From the NCBI GenBank assembly GCA_965649825.1, contig OZ287701.1, positions 671,101-735,100 on the forward strand: DNA of 64,000 nt, given 5' to 3'. The translations under genes were made by a program, and so were the position numbers. The stretch's first letter is position 1. Each line of letters starts with the position of its first letter. Shown here piece by piece: positions 50,520-64,000 of the stretch. Under the pieces are notes generated by a model. That model searched no databases and was not told the origin of the DNA. It saw nothing but the letters and a program-made list of their open reading frames with translations. The stretch is from Penicillus capitatus (Eukaryota > Plantae > Chlorophyta).

Positions 50520-50572
50520 ACACGAACAGATACCTGTTGAAACACCCCTGCCATTTTGCCCCCTGCGTTTAG

Positions 50573-51426
50573 ATGATGACATCCATATCGTCGGAGACGG
50601 TATTTGAGAACGCGAGGAAGGGAGATATCGAATTTTTTCAGCAGCATGAGGACGTCGTCCACGCGCACTTGAGCGCCGTCGATGAGGATCGACGCACATT
50701 GCTTCACAATGCGACTGTGAGCGGTCGGCCTGAACTCGTCGAGTATTTACTGCGCCATGGGTCCGTGACCTATATCGACGGACAGGATGAAGAGGTGAGA
50801 CAGACAGATCGGCCAAATCGACAGCCGCGCCGTAGGGATGGGCGCCGTTGCATTCGGCAGCCAGTTGTGGCTTCGATCGCGTCGTGGAGCTCCTCTTGTC
50901 ACACGGAGCTCGGGTTGACATAGAGACATCCTCAAAGAGGACTCCCTTACACTACGCTGTCTGTCAGACGCTGTACGCTGAAGAAAGAGTGAGAAAAGTG
51001 TGATGTCTAGGCGAGTAAAGGGCATCGTGCTGTCCTGAAAATGTTGTTGAAGCATGGGGCACGGATTCAGGCAAAAGATGCCGTGGGCTTTACCCCCTTG
51101 CACCGAGCAGCCGCTTCGGGGAAACTTCAGTCCGTGCGGATTTTGGTGGACGATGCAGGTGCAACGATCGATGGAGAGGATCGGTATGGAAAGACGCCCA
51201 TTGTGGTGGCGGCCGAAAGTCAAAACGAAAGCACGGTGCTGTTCTTAGCCGCCAGAGGAGCAAACCTCGACGTTGACCTCTCGCATTCCACCCAGCCGTT
51301 TCCAATGGCGCTGCTGTGCAGGTGACGCTCGAAGATGGGAAGAAACTGGAAGACGTCTCGCCGAAACTCAGTCAGTCCATTCGAGATGTGTTAGAAGGAA
51401 GAATGGACATCGACGATTTGACATAA
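50573..51426 (+). CDS. Ankyrin-repeat protein, gankyrin/PSMD10-like, multi-exon
   Basis: Repeats RTLLHNA, GWAPLHSAAS, RTPLHYA, FTPLHRAAASG and KTPIVVAAE. TAA at 51424-51426. Confidence 0.8.
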
Positions 51427-51646
51427 GTTACGCGTCAGAGATGCATCGAACTCATAAGCACTGACGATCTGACAAGCATCGTAGAAATCTTGGCGTGTCT
51501 CTTGCACGGGGAATGCTTCTAATAACCTTGTTATAAAGCCTATATCACACACATCTCACTCTTTCTGCGATCCTCTTTCTCCAAAAGCCTCCATCTCCAC
51601 CTTGCATCACCGCAATGAGAGATCTTCTTCTGATCAGAAGGATCTA

Positions 51647-54600
51647 TCACACTACCTCCATATTGTCCTCGTCGGGGGCGAGAACATTCATGGCGTCTAG
51701 GACATAGTCCACAACGTAGGATGCCTGATGCAGTTTCTGCAGTCGATGGAAGTGCCGAATGGAGTACGCTTCGATCGCTTCGAGAAGCGAGGACACTCCA
51801 GGTATCGATGCGAGACGCTGCGGAGAATACCGCTCCAGAATCATTCTGAGCAAAAGCTGTGCCTCCTCACAATGCTTTGCATTGGTATTCCAATCCCGAA
51901 TATACTCCAGACACTGTTTCAGTGACGCGTCCTCGGTCAGGCCATCCACAACGGCCGAGAACATGCGAATATGATCATCTCTGGGCAGATGCTTCTTAAG
52001 CAACGCCAGTAGTCGACGTGGATGCTCCAATCCAAAAGCCAGCTTCGCCGCCAATCGAAAATCCCTAAGCTAAAACAATGCATGGCTCTGAATCTCCACG
52101 CGTCGCGTCGATTTAGGTCACCTACTTGGATCGCATTTGAGAGATGCTGTTCCTTGGCGAGCTCTTCCTGTCGCTGACGCACGTCGAGTTCTCTGTCCTG
52201 TTCAGTCGTGTCCTCCCAGATGACGAGCATCGAATCGCTGCCACCCGAAGCCATGAAACGTTCATGCTCCCCAGCAAATGCAATGGACCAGATTCGGTCC
52301 TCATGTTCATCGAACGTATGCACACATGCACATGTCGCAACGTTCCAAAGCTTTACCAACCCATCTCCTCCACAGGACATCACCTAAGACATTGCCATCC
52401 ATCTTGCTCATCACATGACGTGACGTCCAGCTGCATCCAGACCTGTTGAGATTTGGAGAGATAGAGCGCTTTGAGAATGGATCCAGAGTGTCCTTCGAAG
52501 GTACGTAGACAGGTGGCATCGCTGATGGACCACATTTTGATGGTCGTATCTGCCGAGCTGGAGAGCAGCGTTTTTTCAAAGGATGAGAATTGAACAGACC
52601 AGACGCCTCTCTTGTGTCCGGTAAGAGTGGACTGATGTGTCAGGCTGGGCAAGGCGAAGAGCTTAATGCTCTTGTCCATTGAACCTGTTGCCGCTAATGT
52701 ATCGTTCGGAGCCAGATCCACACAATTGATGTCCTTTGAATGCGCCACCACACCTGACGTGACCTTAAGCTTGGATATGGAGACAACATCTCCCTGCACC
52801 TCTAACTTCAGTTTCCAGACCTTCAGCAGTTTGTCACTGCTCACCGAGACGAGCAGTTTTCCTTCTCTGCAAAGAGAAAGTCGGAAAGCGCCTCGAGTCC
52901 CTAGATCATACCTTCTGGATGCGACAATGGACGTTACTGCTGCTGCATGACCGACGGCATCTGCCAGACAGCTCCCTGAGATGGTATCCCAAATACGAAT
53001 GCTCTGATCCTTGGCACCTGTCGATATCACACAACACACACTGTGTCCTCCTTGACAAATGCCAGTTGTGGCAGACCAGAGACGAGAAGACATCGGGAGT
53101 GATATGAAAAGGAAGCCATGCATAAGACGGCATCTGTGTGTCCCGTCAGGAGTCCCAGGCAGTTGAGATCTTTAGCATCGCACAGCCACTATTTTTACGA
53201 GTGCAGTAAAAAGAGGGTGTCGCACTTTGGGCATCGAAGATATGGAGAGCAGCAGCGTTGCTAGAAACGGCAATTCTGGATGCTTCTGCGTCGAGGAACT
53301 CCACATCGGTGATCTCGTCCAGATTGCCCATGAGAAACCGTGATCCATGCCACAGCACTTTTCCATCTGATAACGCATCCTGACACACTTCTCACTCAAA
53401 TCCTGTCTTCCCTTAGTGTGTCTTTGACCTGGAAGGTCAGCATTTCCAGAGAGCAGTCCGATTTTGCGATGAGGAGGGTTTGGGTATTGGGAAAGAGCTG
53501 GATGTTTGTGATCTCTTGCCGCGGGAGGCTGTCTGTTTGCGAGACTCGATCATAAATGTCTGTGCCATTATCCGTTCTCCAGATCCTCAACTGTCCCCGT
53601 TCGCCTCCTGTCCAGCAAAACAGTCTCTTCAGGAATCGGCAGCAAAAGAAAGCGACACCCACCAGATGCCATCAGGAGACAGGGATGTCGCGATTTCTTC
53701 CCTGACACCGCTAACTGTTTTTGCATCTCGAGTGATAAACATACCATATCTACACACACACTCCTCTTGTCTCATGTCACTTTCGCAGACACAGCAACAG
53801 ACCTTCCACAGATTCGAAAACTGGAAACTCTGCACATTTGGCGAAGTTTTGAGCTGACCAGACGATCATGACGTTATCCCTTCCAGCCGAAACGAGAAAT
53901 CGTCCTTCCATCGCATACATCACACACGTCACAGCGCTATTGTGTCCCTATCAGACATCCATTCTTTCAAACACATCCCTCCCTCTGTCTCCTGTCGACC
54001 TTCAGTGTTGTCTTGAGCTTAGCGTGCTGCAAATCCCAGATCTTGATCGTATGGTCTTGACTGCAGCTCGCGAGTTCCGCTTCTGTTGGATGAAACATGA
54101 CACGCATGACGATCGACCTATCCCAACCGTACACAGCTGTGGTATAAAGAGTGAGAACAGACTTGTGTCCCCTGAATGTGTGTGTCCTGAAACCGCCTTG
54201 GACATCATGCACGGTCACACTGCGATCGGCACTTCCAAAGGCCACTACGCTGCCACTCGGATCCACCATCATGTCGCTGACAGGTGCCGCATGGGCCTAA
54301 GACGATTCCTCTTAGAAGAGTGCAAAGCCAAAGGGTGACTGGCTTTGATAGTTTTAAGGCATTCCCCGGAAACGCTGCACCATTTTCTGACAAGCAGACT
54401 GCGAGATGCCACGTAGAGGGCTGTGCCGTCCGGTGTCCAGCACAGGGCTGTCACCAACTCTCCGTCCTGCGCGTTTGTTTTGTCTCCCTTGTCACATCAA
54501 CACCAAAACGCACCCCTGGTAGAGTCCTGATGACTGATCCCTTCTCCGCCTCCACGATCTGGGTCACTCTTTTATCATGAGTGTGACCTCGACCTCCTAT

Positions 54601-54719
54601 CTGACCTTCGCTTCCTGAAGACACGCACAGGCGATGTGCTTTGCGTTGGGGGCGATCTGAATAGGCCCTCCTGTGTAGAAGACTTCGAGTTTGGCCCGTG
54701 GGCGGTAGATGCGTTTCAT
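51647..54719 (-). CDS. UTP13: WD40 SSU processome subunit UTP13/TBL3, multi-exon
   Basis: N-terminal LEVFYTGG, many WD repeats (GHKRGVWSVQFS, GGSDSMLVIW) and the Utp13 C-terminal domain (IRDWNTNAKHCEEAQ, AYSIRHFHRL). Confidence 0.9.
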
Positions 54720-54756
54720 GACGATGCTTAAGACCAGAACGAAAACATTTCATTGA

Positions 54757-56132
54757 ATGCATTGCAGACGCGTGATGGCCTCAGTTCATACCGCGACGAG
54801 AGGCGCAGAGCGATTCGCTTTGCTGCGTCCCTCTCGATGCCGATCTTTTCGTATCCAAGCAACACGCGAACCCGTTCCCCTGCCGAAGCTAGTGACAACA
54901 GGAGTCGTGCAGTTGCCAGATGCACGATCTCTTGTATCCGAGGAGCTCCCTTTCGGTGTCGCCGCGACACAGGGTCCTCGCAGTACGATGGAAGACGAAG
55001 CTGTCGTCTTTCCCGAAGGGAAATGCGGATTCCTCTACGCAAGTAAGTCTCATGGGAAGTCAAAGATTCGAAGCTGAGAGGAAGCTGTTAGTGGTTTTGG
55101 ACGGACACGATGGACTCGAGTCCGTTCAGTGGCTCTCGGAGAATCTCTTTGGGATCTTCTCAGACGTCTTGGACGAATCACTCTACGACGGATCGTGTTC
55201 CATCGATCAAGCGGATCAGAATTCAGGACTGTGCTGTCCAGTGGAATTGAGCCCCACCTTAAAACAGAGTTTCCACGCAGCAGATCAACAGTTGTTAGAA
55301 AAACTCGAAAGCATGCCAACGCTGGCTGCAAAAGAACAAAGTGCGGAGAGCATCTCTGTTGGATAGGTTGCGGCGAGAAGAGGGCGATGAAATCTGGTTC
55401 AACGGCTACTGTGGCACTGGTGCGACAGAACAAGATCATCATTGCCAATGTTGGCGACTCCAGAGGTGTCCTCTGTCGCAACGGCCGAGCCATCGATCTC
55501 ACAACGGAGCATCGTGTGATGGGCCATGTACACCTGTCGTCGGAATGCTCGCCATATGTTGATACACGGTGTCAGGGAGCATCGGTCTCGTCCGAAATCG
55601 AGCGTGTTAAGGCAACGGGAGGATGGATTGATGATGGACGTGTCTGTGGGTTGTTAGCTGTGAGCCGAGCGTTTGGAGATTGGGAACTCAAAGGCAATGG
55701 ACTGAACGTTTTTCTCCAAGAATCCATCACGTCTCGTGCCACAGTTCATTCGATGTCTTTCCGATCGGATACCTGTTTTTTCAGGGACGGATTCGTGACA
55801 GAAGATTTCGCATCGAAGGTGCAGTTCACGAGCGATCCTTTGGTCTGTACACCTGACGTGACAGAAATGGATTTGATAGAAGGGGATCAGTTCGTTATCG
55901 TGGCGACAGATGGACTGTGGTACGGTACTGTTCTCTCTGTATAGCAGGCGTTATCATACAGTGATGTGCTGCATCTAGGGATGTGATGTCGAGCAACGAT
56001 GCCGTACGGTTTGTCAGTCGTCAGTTCAAGAAAGGCCTCAGTGCCGCTCGAGTGGCCGAGAATTTGGTGGATTTGGCAGTAAAGCGTTATACGACAGATA
56101 ATGTCGCTGCAGTGGTGATTCATCTTCAGTGA
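54757..56132 (+). CDS. PPH1: Plastid PP2C phosphatase, PPH1/TAP38-like, multi-exon
   Basis: QGPRSTMED, LDGH, SGSTAT, ANVGDSR, GGWIDDGRVCGLLAVSRAFGD, ATDGLW and DNV. The insertion FVTEDFASKVQFTSDPLV resembles the PPH1 clade. Transit-peptide-like N-terminus. Confidence 0.75.
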
Positions 56133-56879
56133 GCGCAGTCATAGCCTTTGGCAAAACCAAGAACAGTTTCTAACACATCATCATGGAAATAGGCATCGTC
56201 CATCACAACATGAGGCAGAAAATTTGTGTTTGTCTGTGAGTCTGGACAAGAACAACAACATCAATGACACCAACGACAACACTTCTTATTGTAACACTAC
56301 CCACAAACAATGATTGTACAAGAGACGCTTTGCGTGATCAGCACAGCTCATTGCGCAGTCTCTCATTAGGATGACGGAGAGACCAGTAACTTGCCGTGCC
56401 TCTATAGGAGAGTATGCTTCCAAGAATACGGGATTTTTATAGTAGGCTTAGGGTAGAGTTGTCCTTTCATGAAAGTATCGATTCTGTATGTACAGCAAGC
56501 AGTTTCAACATAGTATGTGTCGTAAAAGAATATGGAAAAGCTAAAGGGATCATGGGCATAAAAAGCGAAATCCAAACACTGTTTCCAATCCGACGTACCA
56601 CCACCTTATGAATCGAAAGAAAAGATATAAAATCTCGTTGACTGCATTATTGATCAAGGCAACGGAATCAAAGGGGGAAACAAGTACATGCATCCCACAT
56701 TCATATCGAGAGTCAAGATACCCCATCACAACAATACGCGTCTCGGAGAAAGAGACTCATAGTAAACGAGGACATAAATCGAAAAAACCCACGAGAAGCA
56801 CACATTTCTGCAATCTACACTTATTTTTGAGCCATTCGGCGAGTGAGGCGAGCCATATACCAATCAATCTAAAGAAAAA

Positions 56880-59800
56880 TCAAAAGGTCTTGAGAGAACG
56901 CTGAATCGTCATCAGATGCTCAAACAGTGTCAAAGAGGGCTGCTGTTTATGAAGGATCTTGAGGATCAGTTCAATCGTATCGCTTTCAAAGGTTTCCTCA
57001 CACGTAAAACAGATACAACGTGTATGACTGACGGTATTTAAGATGACTTCAGCATGGCCGTCTGACACACTTTCCTCATCATCTAAACAACCAGCCGCAC
57101 GTCGATTGCGAAGGCACAGCAGAACAGGTGTGCATTACCGAGTGAGATCTCGATGAGCTCCACATTCGCACGGGATGCTACGGCATGGAGCTCCGTTTTC
57201 TCTGGACGTAATCCTTTGATACAGACGATAAGAGCGATGTCATTTTCCAAAAGCATCCAAGGATTCAGTAGGCATTTTTTTCGGGCCATTTTAAGTACAG
57301 GCGAGAAAGAGACCGACTCTTCTCTTGGCAGACACACCGTTCCTAGAAAACGTGTCACAGAGGCACGTGGAATCTGCAGCATCCGTTAACAGAGTGAGTC
57401 GTGGATGATGTTGTTCAGCATCGATGATACCTTTTGTACAGACGATCGCGAAAAGGCTTCATCGGAAATCAATCGGCGGTAAGGAGGTAGTTTGTCCGAA
57501 GCGATGATGGTATCCAGCTTCTGACCAAGACTCGTCAGGTTAGGGCGCCACAGATGTCCCCGAATAAGAATGAACTGTAACAGATCGTAAACAATACCCT
57601 GGCCGCCACACGAGAGTAATCTAAACGCCGCCACATCTCAGAAGCGACACGTATGCATTGCCAATGCTCGTGCCTCTGTTTTTCGTTGTCAACGATGGCC
57701 ATGGTGTCCGTTGTGACTCTAAGAAAAAATCGAATCCAGTCTCGCTCGAACTGGAGGAATTCGCCGGTGACCAATTCGAACAGAAGACATCCAAGTGCCC
57801 ATACATCACTCGGAGGACCTGCACCCATGCGTTTACGACGATCGTACTCTGGTTTGTCTGTCTGCTGCGCATTCGCAATCAGCAACATCTCGGGACTCTT
57901 GTTAAACTCCGTGCCACTGTGCAGAGAAGGTTGTCTAGGAGAGTGAATGTATCAGAGGGACGTACTGATTGCGAACGGTTCGTGCTTCCCAGTTGTTGCT
58001 GTAACTTCGCGCTTCGCCAAAATCGGCCAACACCACTCGGAACGGTAGCTCCTCGGTCGGAGGATTCCAAAAGTGCTCTTCTGAGATACCCGGCAAAGGC
58101 TCCAACAGAATGTTGCTGCACTTGAGATCGAAATGCACCACGTTTTTATCGTGCAGCACCTAGAAAAGCACATCTGACAGGACAATCCCCTCCTGTCATT
58201 CCTCTCACCTTGACAGCGCTGATGATCTCGCGGAAGATGCGAATGAAAATCCGCAAACCTTCTGGAGCTTGCTCAGGAAATCTTTTGCGCCATTCCTTAA
58301 CAGCGCGATGCATCTTTCGATTTTCAGAAGTGTATGCTTACGAGGAGTGAGCATTTGTAGTCTTTCATGACAAGGAGGATGTTTCCCGCCGAGATACCGT
58401 AGTCGTAGAGATGGCTAATGCACTGCTCCGTTTTGAATTGCTCCATGATTGAGATCTCTGAGTATGCACCCATCAAACTCGACATCTCATTGTTTTCCAC
58501 CGGATGATCCAGTACTTTAATCACACAGGACTCCGGCTCTCCTGCACAACAAAACCCTAGTCACTCTTTCATCCAGCCGCCTAGCTCTATTTGCCTTCAA
58601 GAGGAAAAGGACACCGGAAAACGTGCGCAAAGGTTCCCCGGGCAACGTGATCCTGGTTGGCGTAGAGATCGGCTGGAAAGAGTGAACTGGTCAGCAGTCT
58701 CAGAAGACGGTAGAGGTTTGGCGAATGAAAACAGAGTTTCTTCTTGAGATGAGAGACGACAGGTTTGGAAGACAGGTGTTCCAGATGATGCATCAGGACC
58801 CTCGGCACATACTTAATGATCCGCTCGATGTGTAAGATATCTGTGTCGTGGTCTCGTGCCGGACGCGTATTATATTCTAGCAGCATTCCTTCAAGGAGCA
58901 GTTCCACCCAAACACTCCGCAGCGCGACATCCGAATAGACATAGCGCTCTTCCCGAGCAGTCTCATACGGATTCAGGTGCGTTGAGCTGTCAGGAATTCT
59001 CGCAGTGCCGCTGAGAAGCGCCGCGAATTCAGACTCGCTAACGCTCTCTTTGGTGGAGAGATGCATCCAAGAGAAAGAAGACAATTCGTCTAATTGGGAT
59101 TGACTTGCAGAGTACGTCGTCTCTGACGAGATCTTGGCACCGGATGGGCCTGCATGCTTTGCGCTGCTGCCTGGAACAGCACGGTCGGTTTTGAGGAAAT
59201 TTAGCTTCGGAACGGGAAGGGGATCGAAAACGGGTGATTGGCAGAGTTCCGTATCGTCGAGCAACGAATCCAGTCCATCCGAATCCGAAGTCGACGACGA
59301 CGTGGGCGTCTCTCCATTGTAAAGTCTTTCGAGTTTCTCCAATCTCTTCACGTCTTCGTCGACGTCTCCTGTATATTCGAAATCGCTGGGCGTCTTGAAG
59401 CCACTCAACTCCGAAGGATTGCGTTTGGGTAACCAGACCGCCGCCGTCGGCGATTCTCGGGATTGTGTAAGCTGTTGAACCGAAAGGCTGCGCCCTCGCG
59501 ACGCTAAGCCCCCGAGGCCTCGTTGGGTCAACTGCCTTGTCTCTTCGTCGGCGTCGGCATCAGCGGCGCTCCGTTCGGCGAAAGGAAGGGGATAGGATAA
59601 GGCTGGCCTGAGCGGTGCAGCCTCCTCACGATCTTCGCCTTGTGTTCCCATTCTGAGGAGTGGCACGACGGCAGGTCTGAGTTGCACGTGTGGTTCTTCA
59701 TAGCCGATATCCAGATCGCTGTCGGTGGAGAGCGGGGCCGAAAGTGTGGATGTTTCTCCGCGGTATTGCCTTTCGAGTGTCTCCAATCTCTTGCAATCCT

Positions 59801-62800
59801 CGGCAACGTCGCCGGTGTATTCAAAATCTGATGGTGTTTGAAAGCGCGTCGAATGGGGGCTTCCACTTGAAGACATAGTTCTTGTGTTCGAAAACCTGTA
59901 GCCAAGAAGGGAAGATGCTTCTTTCCCGTCCTTCCTGATCTCTGGCCTCTCTGCGCACGTCATCTCCAATCTCTTCTCCGTTCGAGTTCCGCAGTAGATA
60001 CCGAATGTCGGTGGACCGTGAGAATCGCAAGATTCATCGAGACTGCACACCCAAACACCATCGTGAGCGATCCGAGCACAGATACATGATGTGATCGACC
60101 GTTACCTTGGCTGACGTCCAACGTTGCGGTCTCGGACGGGTTGGGATCCGGAGGGAATGGTCATCGAAGGTGTTGGACAAAGGTCGTCACATTCCACGCT
60201 GAACTGATGCGAAAGTAAACCTAGATCAAAAAGCCATCGATGACGGCTGTGGTGTGGCGGCGCGATGCTCACCGTTTGGTTTATCGTTTTCATTGTCCAG
60301 CTTATCGGAGTTCGTCCGCTTCTTTTTGGTTCCGGTTTTGCTTGAGAGGCTTCTGTTTGAGAATTGGAGTTGGTTGCCACCAATACCAGCTTTTTGGGTC
60401 GGTGCGTTGAGGCTATTCAGATTCAACAGCGGAACATTTCTTGCCGTTCTTGTCAGCGAGTTTCCGGAAGAATGTCTTCGGGGGAACTCTGTTGTCGACG
60501 CTTTTTTCTCCACACTCAATCGAGAGACGTGCAGTCCAGGTGGACTGTAAGAGATGGTAGCACTCATGCCTCCACGCAACTTTCGGCCTGTCACTCTACA
60601 GCAACGCCACCACATCTCAAACTTACGGCGCATCCAGTAGATGTCATGTATCTACGTGTGAAGGCTATTGTCGATGCTCTTGTTGTTAATGGAATTGGCC
60701 CTTTTCACGGACTTCGTCTTTTTGATCGGTGCCAATTCTGCCGAAGGGGAGAGTCCAGGTAACGTTGCTTTGGTAGATTTCAGTTTTGAGAGATGGTGAG
60801 GATGGTCGAGGCTTCTGCTTGATTCTCTCGTGCCGCCAACAAAGGCAGATTTTGACATGTTTGTATTTCTTCCCGAATTCGAGCGCGTACGAAGTGAAGC
60901 TGAAGATTTCCTGCCAAGAAGACTCCTAAACGACTTTAAACCGCTGCCAAAACTCCGCGGCTCCTTCAGACATCAATTCCACGGTAACGAACATCAACAC
61001 ACATCTCGATAGCTTACCGTTGTGGACCGTGGGTGGTCGTTCGTCTGATCTGATTCCAAGAGCGCGTAGTTGTTGAAGGAAGGTGCACAAGGAATCCGTG
61101 TCTCAAAGTGAGACCAAACAGAAGAACTACTACACATCATGCCCTTTGTCTGGCAGAGCAATGACGGATCAACAGTGAAGAGAGATGGCGGGCAACGCAC
61201 TTCGGACTTTGTAGGGAATGACAGTAGACTTTTGGACCGCCAGTCATCTTTTCTATCGGAGCCTGGAGACCTCCGCTGTCTGAATAAAGGAATCTTTGAT
61301 GGTATTTCTTCACTCTTTGGTTTTCGATCGATTAACGAACGTAAATTTCGGAACGCGCGTGTTCCTCTCTTTCGAACCCCGCCTGATGACGAACTGCCAT
61401 GGTGCGGGGAACTATGATGCGTTCTGCTGTCCAAAGCAGGCAGTTGTGGAACTTCGCGCTGTCCGAAGCTGATGGACTGCAGCAGCACATTTGTCCACGA
61501 TTCCTGACTGCCTTTGGACGACTCGATTAAGGATTGAGAGGCAAAAGTATTGAGTCCTTCACTCGAAGCGAACTCGATCGAAGAAAGTAATCCAGAATCA
61601 GCATCTGTCGTGGAAAGGTTGGATGGCTGGCGTCGGAGTTGGACATAACCAGCTTTTGAAGTGGAAGCTTCACCGTTTGGTGACTCCGGATCACTGTCGG
61701 CCTCTCCAGCAACCCTCTTCAGTCGCGAAGGCGGCGGATCGAAGGGGCCGATGGTGATGGAACGCGCAGACTCCAACGCTATTTCATCAGCTAAAGAATC
61801 CATGATACCGAGCTTGATAGCTTGAGAGAAGATCTCGACATGGTGATGTCCAACAAGCACACGAATGACCTAGACATCATCACACGCGGATCGATCGAGG
61901 CAGGGAGGGAGGGAGTGTTGTTGCCTCCAGATGTCCTTTGCATACGATAGACGCAGCAAAACTGCGACGTTTTCCGGCTTTTATATAGTTCCGCTTAAAT
62001 CCACTCCAGTGCAACTCCATGTAATAGGTACTGATATCTCGTTGTTTGGCAAAAGCGTTGTTTGGAACGGAAAAAAGAGTCTTGAGGAAAACAAGAACCA
62101 ATGCATGAATCCCTCCACTAAAGGACGGTTTGGACGTCGTTCGCTCGCAATCGCGTTTTAGCAATGTGCGCGGTGCGTGACCTTCTTCTGCAACACGCAG
62201 GCCAACCGAGATCAAAACCATAGAGCTGAAGATATCATGGAGATGGATACCTGGTGCGACAAGAAAGCGTAAGAAATCGAGTGGATCTTGTCCAAAAGAT
62301 GTTGGGCATGTATCCTGATAGTCCTGAGGCAAATTTTCTGCACACATGTCTGTCCATGAGGCATGGGCAGAAGGAGCATCTTTAACTTACCGAGATTCTG
62401 AACACCGCTGTCACGTTGAGCACTGACCACTTTGACCAGCGCCGTGTGATACGTCCACACGCCGCTTCTAAGACATGTTAACTCTTCGTGTTCACACCTA
62501 GACGCACAGCATTCAGCTGACGGGGAGGCGTGATGATGATGTGACGGGCCTCTTTTCGAGTTTTTCTGAGAAAAGCACGACACGGGAATACTCTCTGACC
62601 AATCTGACCCAAGATTCCCGCTTCAGCAATGATATGACTAGAAACTCTTCTAAAACTATATCTGTGGCCCTTTCCAGCATGTATCTACGCAACAGATCGT
62701 CAAAGAGATCATACACTTGTGCCGGTCTCGACCTGAAAAGGCGAAGCAAATTGTGAAACAGACGAAAAACGATTGGTGGCCAGACAGCTGTCTCCCACGC

Positions 62801-64000
62801 TCCGAAAACGGAGGACTCCATTGGGAGAAACGCATCGAGACATGTATATGCCACCAACTGCGCTTGGGCAAACGAAGGGGAGGAAGCAACGAATTCACCA
62901 AGGAGATGTATCACTGCCGTCATCTCTTCCAAGGCACGGATGTCTATTGTCTGGTAATCGAAAATCATCGCCATTCTGTCTTTGGCCCCGGCCAGCAATG
63001 CCAAGTAGCTTTTCGTGTTCTGGTGCTCAGGCACAAATCGACGCACATTGTTCATACCCACAACGGATGGCAAGGCCGTTTCGTTGAGTGGATGGCATGC
63101 GAATTCGTGCATCACTGCTAAAGCCAGATGCATACCCCTTTCGGTGGGAGCCCATCGAATGGATGGCTGTTCTCCCGGAAAGATCTGCCAACTTGGAGCC
63201 AGTAGCTCAGATACGACCAGAGTGGATGGATGTGTGAGCTCTTCTTCATCTTCCTCGGCTCCATCTCTCTCTTCCAGACTCTCATTGAGGAGCATGAAAT
63301 CTCTGGTATTGCTGCATTCTTCGCAGATTTCCGTTTCCAGGTTCAACCGGGAGAACGCACACATGATTTCAAGAATAGTGCATTTGATCGCGAGGGCAAG
63401 GGGCATATCCGAATTCTCCATGGCCTCAGCATCGGCCGGGACATTCCAGGCATGAAGGGTACTCTCTGTTACTGTCCCACCAAAGGACAGATAGTCACGA
63501 TGTGGACTGTTCTGTCCAGTCATCAAAGAACTGGAATGTCCTGCAGCAATGCTTTGTCCATATTGGGCTGCTTCATTTGGCTCAAGATCATCATCAAACA
63601 CGATCGAACGTCCGTCAGGTAAACTAATAGAAGTGTGTGTGGTTGTTGAGTTCGTCGAACGGGCGCCGTCGTGATACGTCAACCAATAGAAAGTCAATCT
63701 TCTCGCACAAAATCAGGTGACGTGACTGGCATTCGGAAGATCTGATCGCATACTTGGGGACGTCTTGACGCTGCTCGTGTTCTTGTAGATCTGCCATGGC
63801 CAGATGCGAAGAGGCATGGTGCTGTTTGGTTTGCGATCCAACGATGTCCAGCGATAGCTTTGAGAGGGTAGTCCCTTCTGTTTCCGTCTGCACCACATGA
63901 TACGTGGAGCTTGGTTGCGGAGCAGTCATTGTTCGATTGGTATCGGAAACGGGAGAGGGACATGGCTTTGAGAATGAACTCGAGTCTGACTCGGCTAGAT
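56880..64000 (-). CDS. Large multi-exon Ser/Thr kinase (non-RD) with long helical and low-complexity N-terminus, 5' end outside window
   Basis: Kinase motifs VARGTFAHVF, VLIKV, HFDLKCSNILL, LADFGE, RGTEFNKSPE and SDVWALGC at 57.4-58.7 kb. Upstream open frames are joined by plausible introns. Continuity as one gene and the 3' exons (56880-57380) are inferred. Confidence 0.7.
59307..59846 (-). repeat. Two copies of a 32-aa motif (59751-59846 and 59307-59402)
   Basis: RFQTPSDFEYTGDVAEDCKRLETLERQYRGET versus GFKTPSDFEYTGDVDEDVKRLEKLERLYNGET. Confidence 0.9.

Noticed and set aside
56150-56880. AT-richer segment with short ORFs
   Set aside because: No homology signal; treated as convergent intergenic or UTR sequence.
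1-64000. Non-standard genetic code (TAR=Gln), suggested by many TGA stops and TAG codons in the integrase
   Set aside because: Long host ORFs (e.g. 874 aa of HisRS) have no in-frame TAA/TAG, and the PDI, gankyrin-like and ApaH-like genes end plausibly at TAG/TAA. The standard code with a TGA preference fits better.

Overview
Gene-dense eukaryotic nuclear DNA, about 50% GC, with many short (about 40-60 nt) GT-AG introns. It is most likely a compact chlorophyte green-algal genome; this is inferred from the plastid-type ABC1K and PPH1-like genes and a plant-type HAL-HisRS fusion. About 19 host genes are recognisable: RIG-I/Dicer-family DExD/H helicase (partial), ABC1K6-like kinase, COG2, ApaH-like phosphoesterase, two ankyrin proteins, EMC10, Spondin_N protein, BAHD acyltransferase, TRP-like channel, CSN6, a beta-helix membrane protein, PDI-like thioredoxin, HisRS, KH protein, UTP13, PPH1-like PP2C and a large non-RD kinase (partial), plus an ALG6 5' fragment. 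The 14-32 kb region is accessory-like, with ATCGAT/CGATCG-rich islands, a decayed Gypsy-type integrase with a 3' LTR, and a complete young 1586-bp gag-only LTR element (identical 167-bp LTRs, 5-bp TSD). Top finding: both LTR elements lack a polypurine tract. Instead, a sense-strand copy of the 5' half of initiator tRNA-Met, ending at the anticodon, sits directly before the 3' LTR, and its first 7 nt match the acceptor-stem part of the PBS. This suggests one tRNA may prime both DNA strands (hypothesis). No rRNA, intact tRNA gene or CRISPR array was seen. Exon boundaries and several start codons were read by eye and are approximate.
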